The translations under genes were made by a program, and so were the position numbers. A stretch of 64,000 nt of DNA from Candidatus Omnitrophota bacterium (GTDB lineage: Bacteria > Omnitrophota > Gorgyraeia > B26-G9): positions 71,542 through 135,541 of the forward strand of contig JAZDHZ010000027.1 of NCBI GenBank assembly GCA_043805415.1. Reading direction: 5' to 3'. The first letter of the stretch is position 1. Every line of letters begins with the position of its first letter. Positions 29,839 to 38,725 of the stretch are shown piece after piece. A model generated the notes under the pieces. The model ran no database searches. It saw only the letters and a list, made by a program, of their open reading frames with translations, and was not told where the DNA came from.

Positions 29839-30937
29839 CTACCCTTTTACACTCCATTTTAAAAACCCTTCAAGAAAATCATCAAGTTTTCCGTCCATCA
29901 CCGGCGGCACATTGCCGGTTTCCACACCGGTCCGATGATCTTTAATCATGGAATAAGGGTGCATAACATAAGAGCGGATCTGACTGCCCCATTCTATTTT
30001 TTTCTTCAAAGCATTATGTTTATCAGCTTCTGCCTGGCGCTGTTTTAATTCCCGCTCATAAAGCTTTGACTTTAACATTTTCATGGCCATGGCTTTATTT
30101 TTTATCTGCGAACGCTCATTCTGGCATTGCACAACTATATTTGTCGGTAAATGCGTTATCCTCACCGCGGAATCAGTAGTATTAACATGCTGCCCGCCGG
30201 CACCGCCGGATCGGCAAACATCTACGCGCAAATCATCTTCATTGATTTCAATATTTATATCCTGATCCACTTCCGGAATAACTTCCACAGAAACAAAAGA
30301 TGTATGCCGGCGTTTATTCGAATCAAACGGAGATATGCGCACCAAACGGTGTACCCCGTTTTCGCCTTTTAATTTTCCATAGACAAATATGCCTTTGATT
30401 AATATTGTCGCGCTCTTAACTCCAGCTTCTTCTCCAGGCAGAAGATCAATATTATCCACGCTAAATCCATTATTTTCCGCCCAGCGGCTGTACATGCGCA
30501 AAAGCATGCTCGCCCAATCACAAGACTCAGTGCCCCCAGCTCCGGCATGAATACTTAAAAAAGCATTTGCCGGATCATCTTGACCGGAAAGCAGTAAATT
30601 CACTTCCAGTTTGTCAATTAATTTTGCCAGCTCGGAAATTTCGCTATTGATTTGACGCAGAGTATCAGTATCATTAGATTCTACCAGTTCTAATAATTCT
30701 CCAATATTCTTTACATCTGATTCTGCTTTTTGGATAGGTTCTGCCTGACGTTTAAGCAGTTTTAAATCTTTTATAATTATATTGGCTTTTTCCTGATCAT
30801 TCCAAAAATTAGAAGCCGCCATTTTTTCTTCTAGTATTTTGATTTTAGCTTGCTTTGAAGCCAGGTCAAAGATACCCCCTGAGCTGTTCAAACTTTTTTA
30901 AAATTGCCGCGTATTTTTCATTTAATTGTTCGTGCAT
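29839..30937 (-). CDS. prfB: Peptide chain release factor 2, expressed through a programmed +1 ribosomal frameshift
   Basis: Frame 0 starts at ATG 30937 (MHEQLNEKYAAILKKFEQLRGYL) and ends at an in-frame TGA. The +1 frame continues DLASKQAKIKI... and carries the RF2-specific SPF tripeptide and the GGQ motif. Confidence 0.85.
30865..30871 (-). promoter_or_regulatory. prfB +1 frameshift site CTT TGA C
   Basis: The minus strand reads ...CGG GGG TAT CTT TGA CCT GGC.... This is identical in sequence and position (after LRGYL) to the autoregulatory prfB shift site of E. coli and many other bacteria. Confidence 0.8.
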
Positions 30938-30962
30938 GGAAAAATTTCCCTTTTTTATATTT

Positions 30963-31049
30963 TGGTGCCGAAGGTGGGATTTGAACCCACACGTTCTTGC
31001 GAACACATGGCCCTGAACCATGCGCGTCTGCCAGTTCCACCACTTCGGC
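30963..31049 (-). tRNA. tRNA-Leu (anticodon CAG), class II with long variable arm
   Basis: Reverse complement reads GCCGAAGTGGTGGAACTGGCAGACGCGCATGGTTCAGGGCCATGTGTTCGCAAGAACGTGTGGGTTCAAATCCCACCTTCGGCACCA. Anticodon stem CATGG/CCATG with loop TTCAGGG, a long extra arm, a GGTTCAAATCC T-arm and an encoded CCA. Confidence 0.75.
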
Positions 31050-31104
31050 TTGAGCATATTAGTTTACTATTAGACAAGAGAAAATGCAAATTAAAACTTA
31101 TATC

Positions 31105-31452
31105 TTACTTATTAGTAGGCAGATAGGAAATTTCCTGACTTAAAAATAAGTCATTTTGTAATACACCATTTACAACCACCAAATCATCTATTCTAATTGA
31201 CTCTAAAGTATAGCTTTTATTTGTTTTATCCATACGGTTGGTTATTACAGCCTTTGGTAAGACTGTAACCAACACTTCTTTGTTTATATGCGGCAAGTAT
31301 ACATTTAAATTACTCTTCCCTACATCTTTCACAATCCCGCTTAGTTGAAAAGGCGGATTATATTGCTCCGCGGCTTGAGCAAAACAAGCAATCAAAGCAA
31401 TGCCGCAAATCAAACTGATTATTCCTAGTCTTTTTTTCATCATCTCAACCAA
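31105..31452 (-). CDS. Small secreted protein of unknown function
   Basis: 115 aa with a signal peptide (MMKKRLGIISLICGIALIACFAQA). Confidence 0.4.
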   Translation of the reverse strand: MVEMMKKRLGIISLICGIALIACFAQAAEQYNPPFQLSGIVKDVGKSNLNVYLPHINKEVLVTVLPKAVITNRMDKTNKSYTLESIRIDDLVVVNGVLQNDLFLSQEISYLPTNK

Positions 31453-31709
31453 ATTTATAAACCTTTCTGATCGGCTCTAATACTGTCCAGGTGCAGGACA
31501 AGCCCTTGGGAAATATAACCAAATCGCCCGCGCCGAAATTAACTTCCTGATTTGCGGTTTTAACTTTTACTTTACCTTCAAATACATAAGCTGTCTCTTT
31601 ATCCGAGTAAGTCCAGTCAAAGGTGCTTTTCTCGCATTCCCAGGTACTCCAGCTTTTTATCCCTAATTTATCCAGCTCTTTTTGGGTCGGTTTTTTAACT
31701 TCAATCTTC
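31445..31709 (-). CDS. Small cupin-fold protein (DUF861/cupin_3-like)
   Basis: Start set at ATG 31709, preceded by AAGGAGG. The 88-aa product MKIEVKKPTQ...WECEKSTFDWTYSDKETAYVFEGKVKV...GDLVIFPKGLSCTWTV is a single cupin barrel. The tool's longer ORF adds an unlikely hydrophobic leader. Confidence 0.5.
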
Positions 31710-31794
31710 ATAATATAACCTCCTTTTGTAAAATCACCGCATAAAATCTTTTGCTTATTATTATACCGCCTAATCAGCAAAAAAATCCAGCAAA

Positions 31795-32976
31795 TTAGAC
31801 AATTGAACAAATACTGGCCGGATATACGGTCCAATCCCCAAATTTTTGATTAATTTCATCCTGGGCATTGCAAATCCGAAAACGTTTTTGCGCGTCAGCC
31901 AAAAGAAAATTTCCAGTAGCCGGAAGCAGGTTTTTGACGCTTAAGCCTAAAGCCCGGACTTCAACATTTCCCGCCTTTAATTTATCCAGTAAAAATAAGG
32001 CGCGTTTAAATAAATGATTCGAATCATTACTATATTCTTTAAAGTTCTTTTCCCCACTAATAAATTTCATGTCCGGCTTGCGCAAATAAACATGCACGGT
32101 ATTTGCTTCTAATTTATGCTTGCGCAATCTAAAGCTCACCATCTCAGATAGTAATTGCAGCCAAGCTTCTACTTCATGACGGGCATAAATATTATTGGTA
32201 AGAGTATAAGAATGCCCGATTGATTTTGGTGCTTTTGGTTTTTGATTTATCCATTCTATCTGATCTTCATCAGCAAACTCAGGATGAGCAACCGCGTACA
32301 TCCATAGTCCGACCCTGCCGAATCTTTGCTGAAAAAAATCCGCGGAAAACTTCTGCAGATCGGCAAAAGTAAATATGGAAAGATTATTCAATCTATCTGT
32401 CAAGCTCCTGCCTATGCCCGGGATTTTTTGGATAGGTAAATCTTTTAATCCAAAAGCAATATCTTCTATTTCCAATATCAGCATACCATCTGGTTTTTTA
32501 AGTTTAGAAGCAATCTTGGACATTAAACGATTTACAGATATGCCCACTGATCCGGTAATCGAAAAGCGCTTTTGGATAGCATGCTTTATCTGCATCCCCA
32601 GCTCAAGATATGAGCTAAACATTTTATCCAAGCCGGTAATATCCAGATAAAATTCATCAACTGACGCTTGTTCAACTTGCGGCGAATAGCTTTTAAGCAT
32701 CTCCGCTATTTGATTAGACACATAAACATACTTTGCCGAATCCGCGGCCACAAATTCCGCATATGGACATATCCGCAATGCTTCCTGCGCACTCATCCCG
32801 GAATTTATGCCCAGGGCTTTTGCCTCATAAGAAGCAGCGCAGACAACTGTACGCTGTTTATCAGCCCGGCCTCCGACAATCAAAGGTTTGCCTTTAAGCC
32901 GCGGATTATGCGCTTGTTCTACTGATGCAAAAAACGCGTCCATATCAATATGTAGGATTTTAGATTCTTTTTTCAT
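31795..32976 (-). CDS. dinB: DNA polymerase IV (Y-family)
   Basis: 393 aa. ILHIDMDAFFASVEQ catalytic Asp motif, palm/finger motifs and a little-finger domain. Confidence 0.85.
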   Translation of the reverse strand: MKKESKILHIDMDAFFASVEQAHNPRLKGKPLIVGGRADKQRTVVCAASYEAKALGINSGMSAQEALRICPYAEFVAADSAKYVYVSNQIAEMLKSYSPQVEQASVDEFYLDITGLDKMFSSYLELGMQIKHAIQKRFSITGSVGISVNRLMSKIASKLKKPDGMLILEIEDIAFGLKDLPIQKIPGIGRSLTDRLNNLSIFTFADLQKFSADFFQQRFGRVGLWMYAVAHPEFADEDQIEWINQKPKAPKSIGHSYTLTNNIYARHEVEAWLQLLSEMVSFRLRKHKLEANTVHVYLRKPDMKFISGEKNFKEYSNDSNHLFKRALFLLDKLKAGNVEVRALGLSVKNLLPATGNFLLADAQKRFRICNAQDEINQKFGDWTVYPASICSIV

Positions 32977-32986
32977 TTAGTACCAC

Positions 32987-33115
32987 GTCGTGCGTATTGC
33001 GTAAAACCGAAAGATGAGAGACGATCGCTGCGCTAGGACGATAGACGAAAAAGTATAAATCAAAAAGGTTGCTGCTTTTCACTCGCAATACTCAATACGC
33101 GATACGCAATACTTT
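32987..33115. repeat. Small palindromic repeat element, copy A (terminal inverted repeats GTATTGCGTA ... TACGCAATAC)
   Basis: The left end gcgtattgcgtaaaacc and the right end ctcgcaatactcaatacgcgatacgcaatact closely match the element at 57921-58010 (for example cgcaatacgcattactcaatacgcaatact). It is intergenic, immediately upstream of dinB. Confidence 0.4.
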
Positions 33116-33426
33116 TTCCCTTGTGTCCTTGTGACAGGTGTCTTGCGACCAACTTATAGAAGGCGGTTCGGAATCAATTATTTTGGCTCATTCTCGCCTT
33201 ACATCCTGTAATGCTCCGAGGATGAATCTCTGATTTTGCCAGTCCTATCAAAATCAGGCTTCAAATCCGCCTAAATAATTATTCCTGCCCTTTATAGTTT
33301 ATAGTTATTAATTACGAATTTTTAGTTTTTACTTTTTACCATTAGCCATCGACCATCAGCTATTAGCCCTATGCTTTTACCCTGCAACCTGTGACATGTG
33401 TCTTGCAACTTGTGTCTTGTATCGGG

Positions 33427-33711
33427 CTATTCTTCCTCGATTATTTTCCACTTCATTCTTTGCTGACTAAAACAAAGCGTATACCGACTATTGTTTGTAT
33501 CACTCACACTGAAAAGCTGAAAAACTTCCTTACCTCTTTTATCCTGCCATTTTAAATTTATATTTTTAATAACATGTTTATTTGAATTCAGAAAAAACCA
33601 AAGCGGGAAAAACCCTTTGGATTTAAATGAAACAACTATGTCCACATTTTCACCCGGCAGATTTTCATCCTGCGGCATAGGCCTATCCCATCTGGCCTGG
33701 GAATTAAACAT
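33427..33711 (-). CDS. Hypothetical small protein downstream of lexA (possibly co-transcribed)
   Basis: 94-aa ORF overlapping the lexA stop by 8 nt. No recognisable motif. Could be spurious. Confidence 0.25.
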   Translation of the reverse strand: MFNSQARWDRPMPQDENLPGENVDIVVSFKSKGFFPLWFFLNSNKHVIKNINLKWQDKRGKEVFQLFSVSDTNNSRYTLCFSQQRMKWKIIEEE

Positions 33712-34291
33712 ATTGCCTGACCGCGGTAATTACTTTGCCGATGATTTGCGAACGTTCATTTAAAGCGATTATGGGATAGTTTTTATTCGCTGGTTCGAGA
33801 AAGAATTTATGCTCTCGGCTCCTTAATGTCTTTACGGTAACCTCGCCATCAATACTACAAACCACAATATCTTTATTCTGAGCACATGGCTGTTTTTTTA
33901 CTAATACTAAATCATCCGGCATAATCCCGGCATCAATCATGCTGTCACCATGTACGCGTAAAAAGAATAACTCATCCTTTTGTGAAAATAATTTATCCAC
34001 ATTAAAATAATCTTCAATATTTTCCAATGCTAAAACAGGCACCCCAGCAGGCACAATCCCTAATATCGGAATTGTCAGCATTGCTTTTTCCGTTAATTCA
34101 ATTGCCCGGGATTTTTTTTCTTCTAAAACAAGATATCCTTTGGCGCATAATGCTTTTAAATAATCTCTGACTGTGCCGGTTGACGAAAACCCGAATTCTG
34201 ATGCGATTTCTCTAATCGTCGGCGGCAAACCATTGCGGATTGTTTTGCGAATAAACATCAATACTTCTTGCTGCTTTGTAGTAAGATCCAT
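33704..34291 (-). CDS. lexA: LexA repressor
   Basis: Start at ATG 34291 with an AAGGAG upstream. N-terminal wHTH (LTTKQQEVLMFIRKTIRNGLPPTIREIASEFGF). Ala-Gly cleavage site context (VPAGVP) and the S24 peptidase Ser/Lys dyad (GDSM ... VKK). Confidence 0.85.
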   Translation of the reverse strand: MDLTTKQQEVLMFIRKTIRNGLPPTIREIASEFGFSSTGTVRDYLKALCAKGYLVLEEKKSRAIELTEKAMLTIPILGIVPAGVPVLALENIEDYFNVDKLFSQKDELFFLRVHGDSMIDAGIMPDDLVLVKKQPCAQNKDIVVCSIDGEVTVKTLRSREHKFFLEPANKNYPIIALNERSQIIGKVITAVRQYV

Positions 34292-34335
34292 TTTAAATTC
34301 TCCTTTTCTTGTGTTTATATTTCCCCTTGGAAATA

Positions 34336-34364
34336 ATACTACCACACATTTGTGTGGATGTCAA
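34336..34364 (-). promoter_or_regulatory. lexA promoter with embedded candidate LexA operator
   Basis: The minus strand reads TTGACA-t-CCACACAAATGTGTGG-TAGTAT. A near-consensus -35 and a -10 are separated by 17 nt. The spacer is a perfect 7-2-7 palindrome, CCACACA NN TGTGTGG (34342-34357). Confidence 0.45.
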
Positions 34365-34546
34365 GAAAAATAGGACACAAAGTCACAAGGCACATGCTTT
34401 TCCTAATTCCTAAATCCTAATTACCATCAGCAAAATATTTTATATCAATAAATTGCGATAATAAAACCAATAAAGACAATCATATTAAAATTACAGATTG
34501 ATTTTAGGATTAAAAAATAAGCTACCGCGGGCACTGGGGGGGGCTA

Positions 34547-35473
34547 TTATTTCAAAACTTTAAGTTTTACAGAGATCAGCTGCTTAAAAGCTTGTTCTTG
34601 CCAAGCCAGAGAATTATCGGGATTAGGATATAATTCCACATTGGGAGTAGCTTTTTCCAACTGACCAATGCCGGCTAAGGCAGAATGTAATTTTAGAAAA
34701 TCAGTATAGGAAATTTTAAATAAAAAAATCTGGCTATTTTCCTGCTTTTCTTCCTTAAGCTCCTCTACATCGGATAATGAAAGGATCTCTTTGATTCTGC
34801 TAATATTGTTCTGCGTGTCTAAGCTTAAAATTAAAACCTGCTCTTTATTAGCTTTAATATATCGGTTTTCTTGGCCATTAATATTACTTATTGTTTTATC
34901 TGCCGGAGCTTGTTCTAATCGACTATCTGAACCTGCTATTCCATTTTTCAACTCTTTTATTGGCGTAATTGCCGGTTCACTGAGCATCAGGCTTTCTTGT
35001 TTCGTTTGCGTTGCTTTAGCTTTTCCTGCAGCAAAACCCTGTTGCTGACTTTCCACGCTTGGGGCATAGGCAGATAAAGCCTGCTGTTTCAAAGCCATTG
35101 AGCCATCAGTTCCTGCTGTTTTTTTAGGCTGCAGATTCAGCTGACTGGTAAGCGCAAAAACCAGGAGCAAACTAACCATTAAAGCATAAATTCTTACTGG
35201 TTGTTTTTGAAAAAACAGCGCTCTTATCCCGTTTAAAACTTTATCCAAAAAAGGCAGCTGATCCAAACGCTTATTTACATTCTCCACAAAATCAGCCGGA
35301 GGATTAATCGCTTTAATCTTATGCATCATATTAACCATCTCAGTTATCGACTCAAGCGATTGAGCGCAAGCCGGACAATCTTCAATATGCTTGGTCATGA
35401 TTTTCTGCTGCTTTTGATCTAATTCATGATCAAGAAATTTTGAAAGTAGTTTTTTACAATCTTTGCAATCCAT
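34547..35473 (-). CDS. Anti-sigma factor with zf-HC2 zinc-finger N-terminal domain
   Basis: 308 aa. N-terminus MDCKDCKK...HIEDCPACAQ (H-x3-C-x2-C), a central TM helix (IYALMVSLLLVFAL), and an extracytoplasmic C-terminal domain. It overlaps and follows the ECF sigma gene. Confidence 0.6.
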   Translation of the reverse strand: MDCKDCKKLLSKFLDHELDQKQQKIMTKHIEDCPACAQSLESITEMVNMMHKIKAINPPADFVENVNKRLDQLPFLDKVLNGIRALFFQKQPVRIYALMVSLLLVFALTSQLNLQPKKTAGTDGSMALKQQALSAYAPSVESQQQGFAAGKAKATQTKQESLMLSEPAITPIKELKNGIAGSDSRLEQAPADKTISNINGQENRYIKANKEQVLILSLDTQNNISRIKEILSLSDVEELKEEKQENSQIFLFKISYTDFLKLHSALAGIGQLEKATPNVELYPNPDNSLAWQEQAFKQLISVKLKVLK

Positions 35474-35474
35474 A

Positions 35475-36134
35475 TTACAACACTTCCTCTAATATATCCG
35501 CTAACATACCTCTGGCCCGATGCAGCCGGGATTTTACTGTTCCCAGATTAGTTGCTAAGAGCTGGGAGATTTGTTCATAAGTTAATTGCTGAATGTCCCG
35601 CAAAACAATAACTTCCCGAAAATCATACTCTAGGCTATTTAAGGCGCATTGGATTAGCTCATTCAGCTCTTTATCTAAAATTGCTTGCTCCGGAGATGTC
35701 CTGAGATCAGGAATCTCTCTTTGCCCAGAAGAATCATCTACCCCAAAATAAGGCGCATCTAAGGAAACGCCGCGGCTATTATCCCGCGCTGTTTTTTTCA
35801 TTTTATTGCGGCTTAGATTAATTGTTATCGCGTAAAGCCAACTAAGGAATCTTGCGTTAAACTTAAACCCTTTAATCCCTTTAAAAGCACGCACAAACAC
35901 ATCTTGCGCTATTTCATCAGCCTGATGATAGTCGCCAAATACGCGAAAAGCAATATTAAATACCTGATGATGATATTTGAGCATTAATTGATTAAACGCT
36001 TGCCTATTGCCCTGCTGCACGCTCAAAATCAGCTCTTTTTCCTGCGCTATCTGATCTTGACCTTGCTTGCTGTCAATGCTATTATTATTTTCTTCTTTCA
36101 CTGTATTAGACAATCTTCCCACACAAAAGTTCAT
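35475..36134 (-). CDS. ECF-subfamily RNA polymerase sigma factor
   Basis: 219 aa. The sigma-70 region 2 (FNQLMLKYHHQVFNIAFRVFGDYHQADEIAQDVFVRAF) and region 4 HTH (LTYEQISQLLATNLGTVKSRLHRAR). The exact start is uncertain. Confidence 0.8.
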   Translation of the reverse strand: MNFCVGRLSNTVKEENNNSIDSKQGQDQIAQEKELILSVQQGNRQAFNQLMLKYHHQVFNIAFRVFGDYHQADEIAQDVFVRAFKGIKGFKFNARFLSWLYAITINLSRNKMKKTARDNSRGVSLDAPYFGVDDSSGQREIPDLRTSPEQAILDKELNELIQCALNSLEYDFREVIVLRDIQQLTYEQISQLLATNLGTVKSRLHRARGMLADILEEVL

Positions 36135-36151
36135 TAAGTTATGAATTAATT

Positions 36152-37459
36152 TCAGCTGCCGGGTTTACCCAGAAGTTTAAACATTTTTTTCTTATAAGCT
36201 TCAACACCAGGTTGATTAAATGGATTTACCCCTGAAAGTAATCCAGACATAGCTGTAGTTTTTTCAAAGAAATAAAATAACTGACCTAAATGAAAAGCGC
36301 TGCGTTTGGGGATACTGATCGTCATATTCGGAACTTTACCTTCATAATGAGCGCTTGCCGTTGCCTCATAGGCTTTATGATTAACATAGTCCAGATCTTT
36401 GCCTGCCAAGTAATTTAAACCATCAAGATCATCTTTAAATTTAGGCACTTTTATTTTAGCCATAGATTGTTCCACAACCAGAAAAGTTTCAAAGATATTC
36501 CGCTCCCCATCTTGAATCATTTGACCCAGAGAATGCAGATCAGTAGTAAATTCACAGGAAGCGGTAAAAATTCCCTTGCCGTCTTTTCCTTCGCTTTCGC
36601 CAAAAAGCTGTTTCCACCATTCGCCGATAGAGCGCAAATTAGGATGGAAACCGGAAAGCATTTCGATTTTCTTACCTTTTTTATAAAGGATGTGCCTGAT
36701 TCCGGCGTATTTATAGGCCGGGTTTTTATTAATATCTAAAACATTACATTTATTTTCAAAATCCTTTGCCCCATTTAAAAGTTCACGAATATCAATCCCG
36801 GCAACTGCTATCGGCAGCAATCCCACCGGAGTTAATACGGAAAATCTTCCACCCACATCATCAGGAATAATAAATGTTTTATACCCTTCACTTTCTGCCA
36901 GCTTGCGCAAAGCGCCTTTGGCAGCGTCGGTAGTCGCGATAATCTTATTTTTTATATTTTTCTTTCCGTACATCTTTTCCAGATATTGCTTTAAAATCCG
37001 AAAAACCACAGCTGTTTCGGTTGTTGTTCCGGATTTGGATATAACATTAATAATAACTTTCTTGCCTTTGATCGCTTTAAACATATCATCCAAATAATCC
37101 GCGCTCAGATTCTGTCCGCCAAAATATATCTTCGGATTTTCCGTTGTCAGTTCATTGGCGAAATTAGGTTTTAAGAAATCTATTGTCGCTTTAGAGCCTA
37201 AATACGATCCGCCGATGCCCAGACAAATAAAAACATCACAGTTTTTTCTTATTTTTTTAGCAGTTGCTTGAATATCACTTACCAGAGCATCAGGGATATT
37301 TGATGGCAAATTAAGCCAGCCGATAAAGTCATTTCCCGGGCACTGCTTAGTTGCCAATTCTTTATGCACCAGCTTGATTGGTTTAGCAACTGCCTTTAAT
37401 TCTTCAGCAGAAACATATCCCTTACAATTAGTGGTAATTAATTTAATATCTGTCATCAA
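36152..37459 (-). CDS. pgi: Glucose-6-phosphate isomerase
   Basis: 435 aa. SIS domains with ICLGIGGSYLG and catalytic region motifs (GGRFSVLTPVGLLP; GESEGKDGKG). Confidence 0.85.
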   Translation of the reverse strand: MMTDIKLITTNCKGYVSAEELKAVAKPIKLVHKELATKQCPGNDFIGWLNLPSNIPDALVSDIQATAKKIRKNCDVFICLGIGGSYLGSKATIDFLKPNFANELTTENPKIYFGGQNLSADYLDDMFKAIKGKKVIINVISKSGTTTETAVVFRILKQYLEKMYGKKNIKNKIIATTDAAKGALRKLAESEGYKTFIIPDDVGGRFSVLTPVGLLPIAVAGIDIRELLNGAKDFENKCNVLDINKNPAYKYAGIRHILYKKGKKIEMLSGFHPNLRSIGEWWKQLFGESEGKDGKGIFTASCEFTTDLHSLGQMIQDGERNIFETFLVVEQSMAKIKVPKFKDDLDGLNYLAGKDLDYVNHKAYEATASAHYEGKVPNMTISIPKRSAFHLGQLFYFFEKTTAMSGLLSGVNPFNQPGVEAYKKKMFKLLGKPGS

Positions 37460-37615
37460 TTTCCTCCGGTTTAAGATTAATTTACTTAAGCATAGCCAAA
37501 CTTGCCATATTCTGCTTATTAAAATTTTATAAGTGTTTACATTTTATCATTGTCTTAAAATATTGACAAGATTATTGTTACCTTAGATTTTTTGAGGGGA
37601 TTTAGCAAAAAATTT

Positions 37616-38707
37616 CTAAAAATCTCGATATTCGCGGCGAATAAAAAGACCACTTGCTACAGGATCTAAAAATAGTTTTAAGAAATAATTCACGTCTTTT
37701 ACAAATCTACGCGGAACATAAATTATATCTTCTGATTCTAATATCAGGTTATCGCTTAAATCAGCTAGTTTTAAAGCCTTATTTAAATCAAGCCGTTTAG
37801 GCTCAGGTTTTTTCAAACCACCTTTAACTAGGATTACACTCCTAGTGACAGCATCTTCAGTAAATCCACCGGATAAGCCAACTGCTTCTAATATGGTCTT
37901 TCCCGCGGCTAAGGTATATACTCCCGGGCTATTTACCTGACCTAGGATAATAACTCTATTGCCGGCAAAAGTATTCACTGAAACAGATACTTGTGGATAT
38001 TTGATAAACTCACGCAATCCTTGCGTTAAAATTTCAGTAAAATCACTAATTGTCTTGCCAGCAGCTTTAACTTCTCCGACCAAAGAAAAGGATATTAAAC
38101 CGTCAGGACGGACAATAACCTGATCATCCAAATCGGGATTCTGCCAAACCTTGATCCCCAGGACATCCCCATTGCCGATTACATATTTAGAACTACTTTT
38201 TTGGTTTAAATCAGGACTGTTTGGGAAAACACTTAAACTTACTTCAGGAGGAGAAAGTACTGCTTTTTCTTCTTTTTTAATATCAGAAATAGCCTTTTGA
38301 AATTCGTCTTGGGCTTCACTAAACCGCCCCTGATTATAAAGAATCAAGCCTCTTTTATAATGCTGATCATTTTCCTTTTCCGTGGCATGAATTGCTTTTT
38401 GAAATTCATTTTCCGCTTCTTTAAACTTGCCTTGCTCATAAAAACTTAAACCTTTTTTATAATAATCCTGCTTCTCCGTATTTGTTTGAAGTATTGCTTT
38501 CTGAAATTCCTGCTCAGCTTCTTTATACTGCCCGGATTTATAAAAAAAAAGCCCTTTTTGATAATGATCCTCACTCTGAGCTGAATCTGAATCAGCATAG
38601 CCACGCTGCCCAAAGAAACACAAACAGGCAATAACTGTAATTAAGCCGATAAAAAAAGAATGTTTCGAAAACAGCTGATGGGTTTTATTTGCTTGGGAAT
38701 TTTTCAT
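37616..38707 (-). CDS. Polysaccharide export protein (Wza/GumB-like Poly_export + SLBB) with three N-terminal TPR-like repeats
   Basis: 363 aa. Signal/anchor N-terminus. Three tandem ~33-aa repeats (HYQKGLFFYKSGQYKEAEQEFQKAI / DYYKKGLSFYEQGKFKEAENEFQKAI / QHYKRGLILYNQGRFSEAQDEFQKAI). A Poly_export core follows (GNGDVLGIKVWQNPDLD...VRPDGLISFSLVGEVKAAGKT). Last gene of the secretin operon. Confidence 0.65.
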   Translation of the reverse strand: MKNSQANKTHQLFSKHSFFIGLITVIACLCFFGQRGYADSDSAQSEDHYQKGLFFYKSGQYKEAEQEFQKAILQTNTEKQDYYKKGLSFYEQGKFKEAENEFQKAIHATEKENDQHYKRGLILYNQGRFSEAQDEFQKAISDIKKEEKAVLSPPEVSLSVFPNSPDLNQKSSSKYVIGNGDVLGIKVWQNPDLDDQVIVRPDGLISFSLVGEVKAAGKTISDFTEILTQGLREFIKYPQVSVSVNTFAGNRVIILGQVNSPGVYTLAAGKTILEAVGLSGGFTEDAVTRSVILVKGGLKKPEPKRLDLNKALKLADLSDNLILESEDIIYVPRRFVKDVNYFLKLFLDPVASGLFIRREYRDF

Positions 38708-38725
38708 TTCTATATTTTAGGACTC

